Shown piece by piece: positions 26,988 to 41,840 of a stretch of 64,000 bases of DNA; position 1 is the first letter of the stretch; each line of letters starts with the position of its first letter. Origin of the DNA: Octopus vulgaris (taxonomy: Eukaryota); assembly GCA_951406725.2 (NCBI GenBank), contig OX597820.1, positions 27,528,001 through 27,592,000 on the forward strand, given 5' to 3'. A model generated the notes under the pieces. That model did not search any database. It had not been told where the DNA came from and saw nothing but the letters and a program-made list of their open reading frames with translations. A program made the translations under genes and the position numbers.

Positions 26988-27236
<249 letters not shown>

Positions 27237-27420
27237 AAGGTAGATGATCAGCAATGCAGCCAGATATTACTTATGGCCAATACACTTCTGTTGAACTTTA
27301 TATCGTTGCTATTATGTTAAACTGTCGTACATACATATGCATCTTGACCAGTACTTTCTTCAGGCAGATTTTTGAAATTGATATTTATTGGATTTCATAG
27401 TGAGGAATATTCACTTCATC

Positions 27421-27476
27421 CACATTCAAACACGCTTTCTAATCTGTCGACAGATTAGAAAGCTCGTTTGAATGTG
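27421..27476. repeat. 56-bp near-perfect loopless palindrome
   Basis: CACATTCAAACACGCTTTCTAATCTGTC|GACAGATTAGAAAGCTCGTTTGAATGTG, centred on GTCGAC. Confidence 0.85.
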
Positions 27477-27859
27477 CATAAAGAAATATGTTTCTTCTCC
27501 TATCTTACTTTTTTGCAATATACTGAATACCTTGGGCTACGAAAATGATGTGGATACATGAAGGTAAATATATTTTATAATTATTTTATTTTTTCTTAAA
27601 ATATGGTATATACAAATGAAGATCGGAAAATGTGCTTCTAAATTGAATTAATTTTTTAAAATTGTTTATTTTCCTTGTACATTAATCGTGAAACTAGTTT
27701 TGTATTGACCACGGTAACTAATAAAATAGACTCCATTTATTCCGCCCGCGTTATATCATTTTCGTACCAAGGAGAATAGTCCGTTTGTTTTTATTTTAAA
27801 AACAACGTCCATTCAACACGTAGGTTTTCGTGTTTAACTGCTCTTTCTCCCTCTCTCTC

Positions 27860-27983
<124 letters not shown>

Positions 27984-27988
27984 CTCTA

Positions 27989-28069
<81 letters not shown>

Positions 28070-28880
28070 ATATATATATATATATATTTATACTCAACCA
28101 TACGTTCATGATGTTGATTTACAATTTCGAAGACTATTACGGTGAGTAATTTGCTTCATCCACAATAGAAGATGAAATCCTGCCGGGGGTCAGCTTCAGC
28201 TTTTATCTTAATAGGATCAATAAAATATGCACGAAAATGTTAAACCTTCTGTCCGTCTACAAATATCATTAATGAACTACATTACAAATTTCCTTTTCAC
28301 GACAAAGTTGACTACTGTTTATGGACGAAGTGAAAATACAATAAATTCGGTTCGTTCTTTACAATATTTGTGAGTGTCCTGGAATTAATATAACGGATTT
28401 CAATAAATTTGTTTTAATATTTGTTTAATCCGATTACGGCGCTAATGATTAGGCGAAAGATTGCCAGGTTTGTTATCTTTTTGTTTTGTTTTTATATCTC
28501 CGGACATTATATCTAGCGCTACTTATTTTGCATCTTTGCTCTTGGAGTTCAAACCTCCCCAAAGTGAAATCTGCTTTTGATTTTGGGGGGTTGATAAGAA
28601 ATGTACCAATTCAGTCCGGTGAATTGATGGTGATTTAACAATGTCATATCCTTTACCTAATTGGTCCCGCTCTTTGCATTCAGAGTTCAAATCTCACCCT
28701 GGATACTGGGTGAAAGACTGAATGCTTTTTTTCCGGTTCAACACTATCACCTGACAACAGTTAGGTATTCGGTTTGTGCGTATTTTCCGCTTTCCCTCTC
28801 CATAGCCTGATAGGCCTCATCAGTTTGATGAAAACTAACAACATTAAACAACATTGTAACACATTTTCTTGTAAAAGTTT

Positions 28881-29036
28881 GGAGTGGCTGTGTGGTAAGT
28901 AGCTTGCTAACCAACCTCATGGTTCCGGGTTCAGTCCCACTGCATGGCACCTTGGGCAAGTGTCTTCTGCTATAGCCCCGGGCCGACCAATGCCTTGTGA
29001 GTGGATTTGGTAGACGGAAACTGAAAGAAGCCTGTC

Positions 29037-29075
<39 letters not shown>

Positions 29076-29296
29076 TGTGTGTGTTTGTGTGTCTGTGTTT
29101 GTCCCCCTAGCATTGCTTGACAACCGATGCTGGTGTGTTTACGTCCCCGTCACTTAGCGGTTCGGCAAAAAGAGACCGATAGAATAAGTACTGGGCTTAC
29201 AAAGAATAAGTCCCGGGGTCGATTTGCTCGATTAAAGGCGGTGCTCCAGCATGGCCGCAGTCAAATGACTGAAACAAGTAAAAGAGTAAAAGAGTA
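28881..29296 (+). mobile_element. SINE family B
   Basis: Near-identical to 63121-63578, with (AAAAGAGT) tail repeats. Confidence 0.92.
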
Positions 29297-29425
29297 ATTC
29301 TTTTTCAGTTTGATGGTAAGTTGTTTTTATACTTAACTTGGCAAGAAAACAAATATATACGTGTGTGAATGCGCGCACGCACGTGTGAGTGCATGTATGC
29401 GTGTGTGTGTGTGCATATGTATGTA

Positions 29426-29456
<31 letters not shown>

Positions 29457-29577
29457 TCTTTTAGTTTGGAATAAAAGCAGGGACAATATCACTTCATATG
29501 GCTAGGCCCCTCCGTCTCATGAAGAAGAATGAAGGATGTAACTTCAATCCGGAGATTTGGCTTGAATTCTCGCTTTA

Positions 29578-30756
29578 TTAAAATTTTTGAATTTATTGCG
29601 TTTTTAAATTTTGGAATCTATTTTTTTTTTTCGAGAAATCTATTTTTGAATCGTTTTGGAATCTATATTTTCTGTTTTCTAGTTTATTTTAGTTAATTTT
29701 CAGATCATTAAAATGGAATGCCAAATTAAGAAAAACGAGCATTTTCGACACCTCTTTCAAGGTTCTAAGGCCGCAAAAGCTGCTCGCGACATTTTTGCTG
29801 TGTATGTCAGGTTCCAAAAATGCACCTTGTTCTGGCCGTCCAGTTGAATTCGATGGAGAGCAATTAAACCAACTTTTGCAAGAAAATGCTCGTCAAACGA
29901 CAAGGGAACTGGCAGAGAAAATGGAATGCTCCAACACTGCAATAGAATAGCATCTTCACTCGATGGGAAAGGTTGAGAAGTATGGAGCATAGGTTCTGCT
30001 TGCTTTAAGTGACAACAAAAATCAATGAGCCACAATCTCCGCTTGGTATTCTTGCTCATCTCCGTTCAACTCATGGATACAAGCAACGATTTCTTTACCG
30101 AATCGCTACTGGGGACGAAAAATGGTACCTGTACATCAATATGAAGCAGCATAAGGAATGGCTTAGCCCCGGTAAACAAGCGACACCGCACGTGAAACAA
30201 GATCTTCATCTGTGTAAAATGGTGTTGTACATATGGTGAGAATGGGAAGGGATTATCTGTTACAAATTGCTTGAACGGACCCAAACGGTCAACGCGGTAC
30301 TTTATGTTCAACAACCGGAACGACTCAATACGGCTATTCGAGAGAAAAAACCTAATCGTCAGCATGGAGTTCTTGTGCTGCATGATAACGCTCGCCCTCA
30401 TATTGCCAATATGACAAAGGAAGCCATTTAAATGCATGGTTGGGAAGTGCTGCTACACCTGCCGTACTTCCTGATTTGGCACCAACGGATTTTCACCTCT
30501 TTCGATCTCTTTTAATTGCTATACGTGGATTTTCGTTCAATACTCATGCATAATTGAGAGCTTGGTTGGATCAATTATTCGAGTTGAGATCGGGTGATTT
30601 CTACCAAGGATGTATTGAAAATCTTGTTGAACGTTGGGAAGAAGTTGTAAACAACAAGGGTGAATACATTATTGATTAATTAGTTGTTATTTTTTATTAA
30701 ACCTTAAAAAAAATTATATAAAAAAAAACGGTGAGAACTTAGTTGCCAACCTAATA
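29578..30756 (+). mobile_element. Mariner transposon, decayed transposase (about 29713-30679)
   Basis: MECQIKKNEHFRH start, IATGDEKW, LHDNARPH, DLAPTDFHLF, RWEEVVNNKGEYIID*. Right TIR GAACTTAGTTGCCAACCTAA plus TA. Multiple frameshifts. Confidence 0.92.
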
Positions 30757-31104
30757 GTTGTTTGCCTTATAGCTGCGCTTGTCCCAAACTTTGCAAGTTC
30801 CATTCCTCATTATATTTAGCGTCACTTATCCTTCTATTATCAAGAATAAGTCTGAGCATGTTTTTAATTTAAGAGAAAATTATGTAAGTGATAAAAACTT
30901 TTTATCTGAAAAAATGACTTACCGGGCCAAAACTTCAATATTTCATGGTCAATGAGGGTCACCTTGCAGTTGTTGGATTGAGCTAATATTTTGCATAGAT
31001 TTCTTTTTTGTTAATTGAAACAGAAAAGGGAGCTGGGAACTAAACTTTTAGAAAGTTGAAAAATAAGGGACACTTTAAAAGACATACATACATATATATA
31101 TATT

Positions 31105-31294
31105 GGGAGAATTCACAAAAAGCAAATGACGAAGACAGGTGGTGTAGACAACGAACAGATGTATTACTATAACACTCGCGAAGTGAAAATGTCATTAACG
31201 TTTCGAGCCTACGCTCTTCCACAGAAAGTAACACAGAAAGAAACAAGGAGAGAAAAGAAAGAATGTGTGGTGGCTAGCGATCCATCATGGCGAA

Positions 31295-31300
<6 letters not shown>
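31105..31300 (-). mobile_element. Second copy of the (TA)n-adjacent hammerhead-like repeat
   Basis: Reverse complement has CTGTGGA-A-GAGC-GTAG-GCTC-GAAACGTT. TA-rich repeats on both sides. Homologous to 1876-2052. Confidence 0.6.
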
Positions 31301-31364
<64 letters not shown>

Positions 31365-32656
31365 GCACACAAAATAATGAGTTTGGGAGGTATTAGAGAA
31401 ACTCTGTTAATTTTTTCGCTGAGTATTTTCAGGATAATTCAAAATCTGTTGCGACAATACCTGACATGTTTCAGATTAAATGAAAACCACCCACAGTCAT
31501 TAGTTTCCACGAACCAGACAATTAGCTGTCTCCTTCCAAATTCCACAAAATAATTCAAACTAATTATAGCTAACTACTCTGCGCATACAGCGGTTCTTTA
31601 TTGATAATTAGCTTGTTAGGCTGCAGTGCTTTTCTCCCTCATTCTTGTATGAACATTGAGAAAGCTATGATAATGCGATTACATTCGCTTAAACCTATTT
31701 GTTATACAATGTACTGTTAATTTGTAGTGTACAAGTTACCATTAATCGGCTACATTACCGTTATTCTGAAATAGTGCTGAACAAAATGGAAATGCAGAAA
31801 TACTCAAAGTGATATTTTGGGTTTATATGAAAGCAAGTAAAATGTCAAAGAAAAAAGCCTCTTACAAATTATAAGAATATCTTTGATTATAAGACATTTT
31901 TAATAGAATTCAAAAAATTCTCTTGCAATAACCTCTAGGACTAGTTTTTGTGAGGTTGTTTTTAATTTGTATTCAAACAAGGTAGAATAGAGAGGAAAGA
32001 ATGAAACGCTGTTTTCCTAAAAGTCTTTTTTTTTACAATGTTATATTGAAATACTCTTTAGATCTTTTGTAAAGCTGAGTTTTACAAACGAATCATTCGT
32101 TTTGTGTTTCTTTATTAATTGGTGAAACACCTTTACGCAGGAGGAAAAACATACTTCACATACTGCCTGTGTTATAAACTTGCGTGATTTCATGACTGTA
32201 CTTCGATGTAACCTATTTAGGTTTGCACGAACGACTGTATGTATGCAACTGAGAAGTTTAAAATCGTAATATAATTAGAATTCTAATAAAACATTAAAAA
32301 AAAACTACAATAAAAATAATAATCATACAAACAGAATAAAAAATACGAAAAATTAAAAGAAAGGAGAAATCAAGATAGAATTTAAAGAAAATAGAAAGAA
32401 AATAAAACAACAAGCGAATCCAAATTTTTTTCTGGATATTCAAGTTGCTTAGTTTCTCTTGAATTTTCTGATGTGGCACTAAATATATAAGTAAATAGAC
32501 AAATAAATAAATATGCACGTTGTAACTAAAAAAATAATTATATGTGAATCAAAGTTGAGATCTCAAGTGTCAGTATATAGGTTGTGATATAATTTCAACG
32601 TAGCTGACGTTGTAATAGCTGTTGTCTTGCATTGATTAAGCAAAAGTATGATAACG

Positions 32657-33010
32657 GAGAGCTGGTAGAATTCCGCCGAGGTCGACTTTGCCTTTCATCC
32701 TTTCGGCGTCGATAAATTAAGTACCAGTTACGTACTGTGGTCAATGTAATCGATTTAATCCCATTGTCTGTCCTTGTTTTCCCGATGTTTAGCCCCTTGT
32801 GGGCAATAAATAAGAGTTGTTAACCAGCCGGGCGAAATGCTTAGCGGCATATCATCCGTCTTCACGTTCTGTGTTCAATATCCGCCGAGGTCGACTTTGC
32901 CTTTCATCCTTTAAGAGTCGATAAAAGAAGTACCAGTTGAACACTGGGGTTTATATAATCGACATACCATTCCACAGAAATTGCTTGCTGTGTGTCTAAA
33001 GTTTGAAACC
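32657..33010 (+). mobile_element. SINE family C, two rearranged units
   Basis: Two GCCGAGGTCGACTTTGCCTTTCATCC cores (about 32673 and 32882), with tail 1 then tail 2. Confidence 0.85.
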
Positions 33011-33231
33011 AATTAAGTACATCTATCATTAAAGGTGTTACATTCCTGACTAACCATCAGGTGTGTATCCGAGGGAAATTTGGCTTCTATTGTTTAGTTC
33101 CAGCATCTCCCTAGGTACTTTCTCGTTGCTATATGATAAAGTACTTTGCACAATAAGTTCCAATATGCAGCACGTAAAACACTATACATTGATTTTAAAG
33201 TAATTAACAAGGGTTTGAATTCATTTTTGTT

Positions 33232-33686
<455 letters not shown>

Positions 33687-33725
33687 AATCTACTTTTTGA
33701 AGTTTTCTTTTGTTTTTTTTTAAGC

Positions 33726-34073
33726 TTTTGGTCATTTGACTGCGGCCATGCTGGGGCATCGCCCTTAAGGGCTTTAGTCAAACAAATCGACTTCGGAACT
33801 TTTTTGTTAAGCCTAGTACTTATTCTATCAGCCTCTTTGCCGAACCGCTAATTTATGTAGATGTAAACACACGGTGGGGGAGGAACGAATACAAAGACAC
33901 CCCCCCATATATATATATATATACGACGGGCTTCTCTCAGTTTCCGTCAACCAAATCCACTCATAATCGTTTGGTCAACCTGAGGTTACAGCAGAAAACA
34001 CTTGCCTAAGATTCCACACAGTGGGACTGAAGGCAGAACCATGTGGTTGGGGAGCAAGCTTCTTACCACACAG
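33726..34073 (-). mobile_element. SINE family B, older copy
   Basis: Reverse-complement match, in tandem with the previous copy. Confidence 0.82.
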
Positions 34074-34125
34074 CTTTTTATTGCTGCATATTATAAAATA
34101 TTTTTATTAGAGTATATCACTATAT

Positions 34126-34363
34126 GTGGAGGCGCGTGGCCTAGCGGTTAGGGTGTCAGCATCATGATCGTAAGATTGTGGTTTCGATTCCTGGACCGGG
34201 CGGCCCGTTGTGTTCTTGAACAAAACACTTCATTTCACGTTGCTCCAGTCCGCTCAGCCGGCAAAAATGAGTAACTCTGCGATGGACTGGCGTCCCGTCC
34301 AGCTGGGGAACACATACGCCATAGAAACCGGGAAACCGGTTTAAAGCTTTATTTATTATTATT
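34126..34363 (+). mobile_element. tRNA-derived SINE family D
   Basis: A box TGGCCTAGCGG, B box GGTTTCGATTCC. 13-bp TSD TATATCACTATAT at 34113-34125 and 34364-34376. Confidence 0.9.
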
Positions 34364-35588
34364 TATATCACTATATATATTTCATGATTGATATGTAAAA
34401 GGTATTTTGGTTTGTGACTGATAAACGTTTCTTACGATTCGTTCTGTATCAACGGATTTGAAGTGACGCATTGTGTTCCGCTCATAGTAAGCCGTAATAA
34501 CCAGTGTTACGACGAACGGACGACGGTTCTCGTTGCAGCAGATCAGCTTTCCTAGGAAGAACAAGTGTCTAAAGAGATTGGCACTGAAGTTACTACGCAG
34601 AATCTAACATTATAAATATGCTTTAACTAATCCGGCTGGATCTGGATTTAATCTCAAGGAATATTCCTTAATTGTTCACCGATAATTAAACACCAAACGT
34701 AACTGTAATAAGTGAGAACCAATGACTGGATTTAATGATAAAGCAATTAGAGGTGATTAGAAGACTTGATATGTGCCTGAGGCTAAATAGGATTTCAACG
34801 TGAAAGCTAACAATCCAGTTGCTAAATTTTACTTCGAAATTTATAAAATCTCGGTAATAACTGATTTATAATAGGCGCAGCGGAGTGGAATTGTGTTCAT
34901 TGATTATTACATTGTAGTAGTGTGACGAAATATGTCACAACAGACTATGTGTAAATTTGACAAGAGTGAATATAACAGTGCTCATGTGTTCGTGCAAGGG
35001 AAAGGTGACTCTTCTATGATGTAATAGTCAACAAAACCATATTTAAAGAGAAATATGAGGAGTAATATGTTATAATTGAACGAATAGCTCTGTTCGTAAC
35101 AGGGAGAATTGAAAGCCACACAGAAAGCAACAATTTTATTCTGTTTATAATGGATTTCATTCATAAATATTCTAACACTATTGCCAGCCGTTTGCCAACC
35201 GGTTCGCATTAAAATATTGAAAATTAGAAGGAAAAAAAAAATCCATTTATTTTGATATCTCGCCATATTAAATAATTTCATTTTTTGGTGGTAATATTTC
35301 TTAATTTCTAGATAAGAGAATAATACATGGATACGTGAATGCTTGTGTGTGTGTGTGTTTGTGTGCGTGGGCGCACATATATATAGGTGTGTGTATGTGT
35401 GTATGCGAAGTATGTACAAATATACTAATATGCAGAGATTTATATATATGTATACGTATATGCATCAAAACACACGTACCTAGATAGATGCAAATAAACA
35501 CGCACACGCAGTAGCACACGCACACACCACACACACACATACACACACACACTCACACACACAAGCATTTATACATAGATACATGCAC

Positions 35589-35642
<54 letters not shown>

Positions 35643-36158
35643 GAATGTGTGTATATATGTGAAACCAAGATATAGAAATTTTTCGATAATTTGTTTTAAC
35701 ATTTTCAGTATTACGTACGCATGTTTTCCCCATTCAGACTCTCAACGCCCACACATATACACTAACTCACATACATACATACATATAAATAACAAAAATA
35801 AATAAACCAATAAAAATACATTGGGAAACGTGCATATAATATACCTCCACATATCCATAATGAATATTTCACTTACATAAAGCTTCATGTACAAATCACG
35901 TACTTTGAATATCCGCCTTCATATATTTAGATTAAATCGTTTTTTAAAAATAAAATTTGTAAATGTCAGAGTTATAATATTAGCTGTAAAGAAGCAGCAA
36001 AAATGGAAAATGGAATATGGTCGTAAGCTTCATAATTTTAAAACTAAGAAATCTCCAATATAGAGATTATGATTGTTGTATCTCTTTTTGTCAAGTGTAG
36101 TACTGATCGAGCTGGAAAACATAAGATTTAAGGCATTCCAGCCATGACAATCCCATCT

Positions 36159-36389
36159 CTTTTACTCTTTTACTTGTTTCTCTCCTTTGACTGTGGCCAT
36201 GCTGGAGCACCACCTTTCGTCGAGCAAATCGACCCCAGGACTTATTCTTTGTAAGCCTAGTACTTATTCTATCGTTCTCTTTTGCCGAACCGCTAAGTTA
36301 CAGGGACGTAAACACATCAGCATCGGTTGTCAAGCGATGTTGGGAGACAAACACAAACACATAAACACACACACACATACATACATACA

Positions 36390-36437
<48 letters not shown>

Positions 36438-36604
36438 CATATATACGACGGGCTTCTTTCAGTTTCCGTCTACCAAATCCACTCACAAGGCTTTGCTTGG
36501 CCCGAGGCTATAGTAGAAGACACTTGCCCAAGGCGCCAGGCAGCGGGAATGAACCCGGAACCACGTGGTTGGTAAGCAAGCTACATACCACACAGTCACT
36601 CCTG
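36159..36604 (-). mobile_element. SINE family B
   Basis: Full-length reverse-complement match. Confidence 0.9.
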
Positions 36605-36824
36605 TTTATTGTTTTATTATTATTTGTTTTTTGGGAGCCTGAGAATCCTGAGAAAGCATTTCAGCCATGACCATCCCTTCTGTTTATCATTTTATTTTAT
36701 TGTATTTTATTATTTTATTTTTTCTAGCCTTACACTCATTAGGCCGATTATCAGATTTCCATAAGGTATGACAAATATCACAGCAATCTCCCTGAATGGA
36801 ATGTGAGTCCCTTTGCTTGTTCAA

Positions 36825-37012
36825 GGCTAGCAATTTAGGGGTAAGGGATGAGTTGATTACATTGACCCCTATACTCGACTGGTACTTTATTTTATCGAAC
36901 CCGAGAGATGGAAGACTAAGTTAAACTCAGCAGAGTATAAACTCAGCAGAGTATAAACTCAGACCATAAAATGCGGTAGAAATGCCGCTTAACATTTTGT
37001 CAGATGTGCTCA
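36825..37012 (-). mobile_element. SINE family C, diverged, with 16-bp internal duplication
   Basis: CTGGTACTTTATTTTATCG core. TAAACTCAGCAGAGTA repeated. Confidence 0.65.
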
Positions 37013-38440
37013 CCACCTTTTTAGGCACTGTACAGCTATATTATCCAACGTGATATTTGCTCAGTTAAGATAGAAACGTGTGTTTTGCTAAGCCCACTTT
37101 TTCTAGCAGTCCATATGACTACATAAAGACACCCTCATTAGCACTTGTATAATGGTAAAACATGTGACATCTAAAGAGAAGCTGAATATAAATTTTTATT
37201 TTAATCTATTGTTCCTTATCTTCGCAACTGAAGTCCTTTACAGAATCTTGAGCGTTAATCCCAAGCTCGTCACATTTTTTCTTGCTTTATAAGTCATTGG
37301 TGTGAAACTAGTGCCGTTTTGTTAGACTGATTTGAGTACAAAGTTGATCCCGGATGGAAACGATTATTCCTAAAAACCCTATTTTATGTGTACTTTAGAT
37401 GAAGCAAAATCTTAAATATTTCAATATATATTACAAACAATTTTATTAACAATATGGGGAAAAAATACAGGATATTTGCATACTTTGTGCGCAGATGTGT
37501 GATGTGAAAATTGATTCAATTTCATTGTCGTATATATATACTGTCGTGTTCAGTATGAATACTTAGAGAAGGGGAGAGAGAGAAAGAGAAAAAGGGAGAG
37601 AGATAGTGAGAGAGAAGGGGAAGAAAATAGACAAAGAGACTTCCGAGTGAGTGCATACAGTTCTTGAGAGGATCTATGCTTCATAGAAAGCTTGCAATTC
37701 TTCAACTAGAAAATCTTCCAGTATCGTTTATATCACTCGAATCTATTTGGGCGAACAAGTGTTTGATTCGGCGTGAATGTACAAAGGGAGAAATAGGTTA
37801 CATCTTCTAGTGTAATGAGTTCATAAGATTTTTTTGAGGGAAGGAAAAAGAGCCCCTAAGGATCCTTGATTTGACTTTTCTGCTCCTGTGTTATTTCTGA
37901 CTCTGGTAGGAGTTAAAATCTGCATGATAAGGATATATACAAACACGCACACACATATACATATATATATGTGCGCGTGTGTGTGTGTTCGTGTGTATGT
38001 GCGCGTGCGTTTGTGTGTGTATGTATAATATTTTCAATTATAATAAAAGAATTTTTTTTATAAAATTGAATCGGGGGCCGGATCCGACCCGCAGATGATA
38101 CACTCGACGTTCCTCAAAAATAAATGGACAAATTCGTAAGTAAAACCGAAATTTAAAACCACTTTACGCAGTTCCACGGACGAGTTAGATCTCATGCCGT
38201 ATCGCATATAGTTATTCTCGTCCCTAATGTTGCATGCTTGTTTTATTAAACGCATTGTATTGACCTTAAACCTGCCTGGTAAAATGCATCGATTGACCTT
38301 CAATCCACGTGGCAATGTTACAGTGAATAAAAGAAGTGATGAAGTATTAAGTGGTGTAGTTGAAGTGGGTTGCGTCATTTGTTATCCAGTTTAACACGAA
38401 CATGCAAGTGGCGTCACATGTAGGACTATAATTATGGTTT

Positions 38441-38979
38441 TATTGGGTTGTCCGGTAAGTTCGTGCCGATTTATAGTACTTACCTTTCGACTTATTTTAG
38501 AACATGTTTGAGTCTATAAAATAGGATTTGACTATATCTCCATTTAGAGCACAGCTGAAGCTATCGTTTCATGGAAGAAGGTTTATATTCCTACAACCTG
38601 TGTTAATTCTGTAACCCTTTAGAATGGAAGATAAGAAAATTCATTTTCGGCACTTAATGCTTTTCTTTTTCCGTAAAGGGAAATATGCCTCACAAGCAAC
38701 CAACGAAGTATGTGCAGTTTACGGTTATGTCTCTTTATCCGAAAGAACTGTACGGAAGTGGTTCGCAATGTTCCGAGCTGGAGGTTGTAGCCTTATTGAT
38801 AAAGGCAGACCTTCCACTTCAGATAACCCACATTGCACACCCCGAGAATTGGCAGAAAGCCTCAACCTATCAAAATCCGTCGTTCATGAGCACCTGGTAA
38901 AACTTGGGTAAATGGCAAGTATTGATTGACCTTTTTGTTTCCTATAAAAATCGGTACGAACTCTCCGGACAACCCAGTA
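38441..38979 (+). mobile_element. Internally deleted mariner (539 bp, both TIRs)
   Basis: TA-TTGGGTTGTCCGGTAAGTTCGTGCCGATTT and AAATCGGTACGAACTCTCCGGACAACCCAG-TA. Encodes only the N-terminal HTH region MEDKKIHFRHLML..VRKWFAMFRAG..GRP (38624-38911). Confidence 0.92.
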
Positions 38980-38984
38980 AATTT

Positions 38985-39180
38985 TAACCCCAGGCCAGCA
39001 ATTTTAAGAACGACGACGTTAATCGATTACAACACCTCCAATGCTCAAATGGTACTTATTTTAGTGACTTCAAAAGGACAAAATGTATAGTCGATCGTGG
39101 TAGAAATTTTATGTAGCACAAAGGAAATGTCGCCAAGCATTTTGTTCCGACACTCTAACGATTTTACTAGCTCGCTGCCT
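38985..39180 (-). mobile_element. SINE family C, diverged; the mariner appears nested at its tail
   Basis: Head ends TAGCTCGCTGCC. TAGGACT..TAAT at 38421 and 39185 may be its TSD. Confidence 0.6.
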
Positions 39181-39402
39181 TATTTAGGACTGTTATAATA
39201 GTATGCGATTATCAATAGTACGGGAAAACAAATGAGAAGAATCTACGCCCTCATGATTTCATAACGAAAGATTTCAATATCAACTTTTTAAGACATTTCA
39301 AAAAGCCGCAAAGTTACGCAGAAGGCCTGCACAGTTTAACAGTTTAAATGTTGTAACTATAAAAAATAAAATGAGAATACTTGATCAGTGTACAGCTATA
39401 AA

Positions 39403-39600
39403 TATCTCTTATATAAATTCCATTCTCTCTGTCTGTCTGTGTGTGTGTGTGTGTGTCTTCTCGGATCTCGGGCATCCTCCATCCGCTGGCGCTCAAATTT
39501 AATATGTAGATACCGACGGTTTCAGGGCGTGTATAAGTCTTGAAAAAATTACAAAAATCGATTCCAGGTGAGAATCCGATCGATAAAGCCGTGTTTGTCC
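39403..39600 (+). mobile_element. Probable non-autonomous Helitron-like 5' end
   Basis: A|TC start, TATATAAA, (CTGT)n/(GT)n tract, then GGATCTCGGGCATCCTCCATCCG..GCGCTCAAATTT. This layout is typical of animal Helitron/DINE-like repeats. Confidence 0.5.
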
Positions 39601-41069
39601 TGCTTTTCTTCCGTCAACCAGTACATAACTGCACCTTCCATTTTTTGATGTTTTTGTACTGCTTAAAGGCACTTTTCTTTCCTGCCAAGCTTACTGTTTA
39701 AACCATGTTTGTGTTCTCCCAGTCAACAGCCTTATCATTACTGGTACTTTAAACTCTTCGGTTGCATATTTGTGTGAATAATATCGTTTTCTTTGGAAAA
39801 GAAAAAAGTCTATCTTATAAGTTATTTTGCGAAAATTTGGTTTAAATGTTTGACAACTCAGCATGGGTGGGTGGGGGGGAATTTTGCTCGTAAATAATAT
39901 AGTGAAGACCAATCCATGAAATGTAATCCTCTCAATATAGCATTAGATTCATACTTATTGAAATCACTTAGTATTCAGCGTAATATATTTACCATTTCGG
40001 ATTGAATGTTTTACAGTGGGAAAATGCAGAATTACCATTACTACACTTGACCTTCTCTTATTATTATTATTATTATTATTGATAATAACATAAATGGCAA
40101 CAACACAATGGGGTGAATCTGTTCTAAACTATCTGAACCTCCTCTAATCGTCTTGGACGAATTCGATTTTGCTATAATTTTGATTATAACTAATAAATTC
40201 CTAGTTAAAAAAGCAACTAATTAAGTTAGGTACAAACTGTGTAAGAGGATTATGGCTGTCCTCTTACACAGTTGTGTATTATTGCCAAATTTAAATGTAT
40301 GTATTTCTTTTTGAAAATGTGCAGCACTGTTGCAAAATATGAAAGCAAACAACATTTGTTTTTCTCGAAATGATAATCAATTCTATGTTTGATGTTATGT
40401 TCTACATACAGGTAAATCATTCCCAGCTGTTATATTTCACAAGTGAATATTTCCTGCAGTAAAGATTGTTTAAATAAGTCACATATTTCTGATTATTGTT
40501 CTTTACTCCAGGTCAGACGAAATCGAACAGATTTAAGCTGAAAGGACTTGCTGTCGCAACCAACAAGTCTTTCTTTAAACATCAGAGAAAGTATTGCCCA
40601 AAGTAATCCTTCAATTTTAAGGTGGTAAGTGCAGTCAGAAGGAAATTTAATTACTGTTTCTATTCATGGGGAGACTGGCTGCTATTTCTTCCTGATAGAA
40701 TGACTAGATTGAAACTCCTCAGTTGCTTTGATTTTAGGCGATTTAATTGCTACCTATAACAGATCGAACAACTATTTAGAGCGTTGATTTTTAGTTTGTC
40801 GGATTCAAGAACTGGTGAGTGGTGAGTGGAAAGACCATTAAACGCATAATATATGCTTTCCGAGAGTTCTCCATTACATCAGATATCGCAAACGAGTGCA
40901 CTGGAAACGATACATGTCACTCCTATACAAGATGGCTCATATACGACCTAAATCTCCGTCAAATTTCCACCGTATGAAAAACATTAGATAATGTAGAGCC
41001 CGGTACACTGTCGATGAGTTAAGCAAGGCTTTTGATAACTCTAGAGTGTAGAGTGTAGATAATATCGAG

Positions 41070-41165
41070 TAGAATGCTTAGCGGTATTTCGTCTGTCGCT
41101 ACGTTCTGAGTTCAGATTCTGCTGAGGTCGACTTTGCCTTTCATCCTTTCGGAGTCGATTAAATG
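41070..41165 (+). mobile_element. SINE family C fragment
   Basis: AATGCTTAGCGGTATTTCGTC..GAGGTCGACTTTGCCTTTCATCCTTTCGG. Confidence 0.8.
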
Positions 41166-41619
41166 TATAATCGTCTTGATGACATTAAGTGTGTAGGCTT
41201 TAAAAGTTTTGAAGTGTCTGTTAAACATATAGTACAGAACCTGCACAATTTCTGTCTGTCAAATTCTATTCACAAGCTCAAACTTTGACCTAGCCTAACG
41301 GATCGAGCGGTTACATTGGACAAGTAACCAATCATACATGCTTCTTAACTGTCCATATATTTCTAAGCTATATATGTGATCTAATTCAAGCTGCATTGCA
41401 GAGACTGTGGCCATTGCGGGTCACTCTTTCGACAGAATTATTTAACTTTTATTTTAACTAGCTACAGAAACTTTATATTCTTCATATCTTTAAAATCTGT
41501 ATATTAATCTATATCTATATATTGCACAACAGAGGAATTTTATCAGATGTGTACTAGAATTAGAATCAATACAGGTCAGGGCTTTTTGTATCAGGATCAA
41601 AAAAGTAAAGTTCTTTCCG

Positions 41620-41840
41620 AAGTCATACAGACTCGAAAGGCAGGTTTCTCGGTTTCCGTGGCATATAAATTCACCATTGGACGGGACGGAGAAAGATTAC
41701 TGACATTTGCCAGCTGAATGGACTGGACTAACGTGAAATGAAGTGTTTCGATCAAGAACACAACACGTTTCCGGCCCAGTAATAGAAACCACAGTCTTGC
41801 AATCATGAGTCCAACACCCTACTAAGCTACGTGTCTCCAC
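41620..41840 (-). mobile_element. SINE family D, diverged
   Basis: Reverse complement of the GTGGAG.CAC.TAGC head and the CACTTCATTTCACGTT core. Confidence 0.75.

Noticed and set aside
40512-40623. Candidate exon (TTTACTCCAG acceptor, GTAAGT donor)
   Set aside because: It has stops in all three frames and no partner exons were found.
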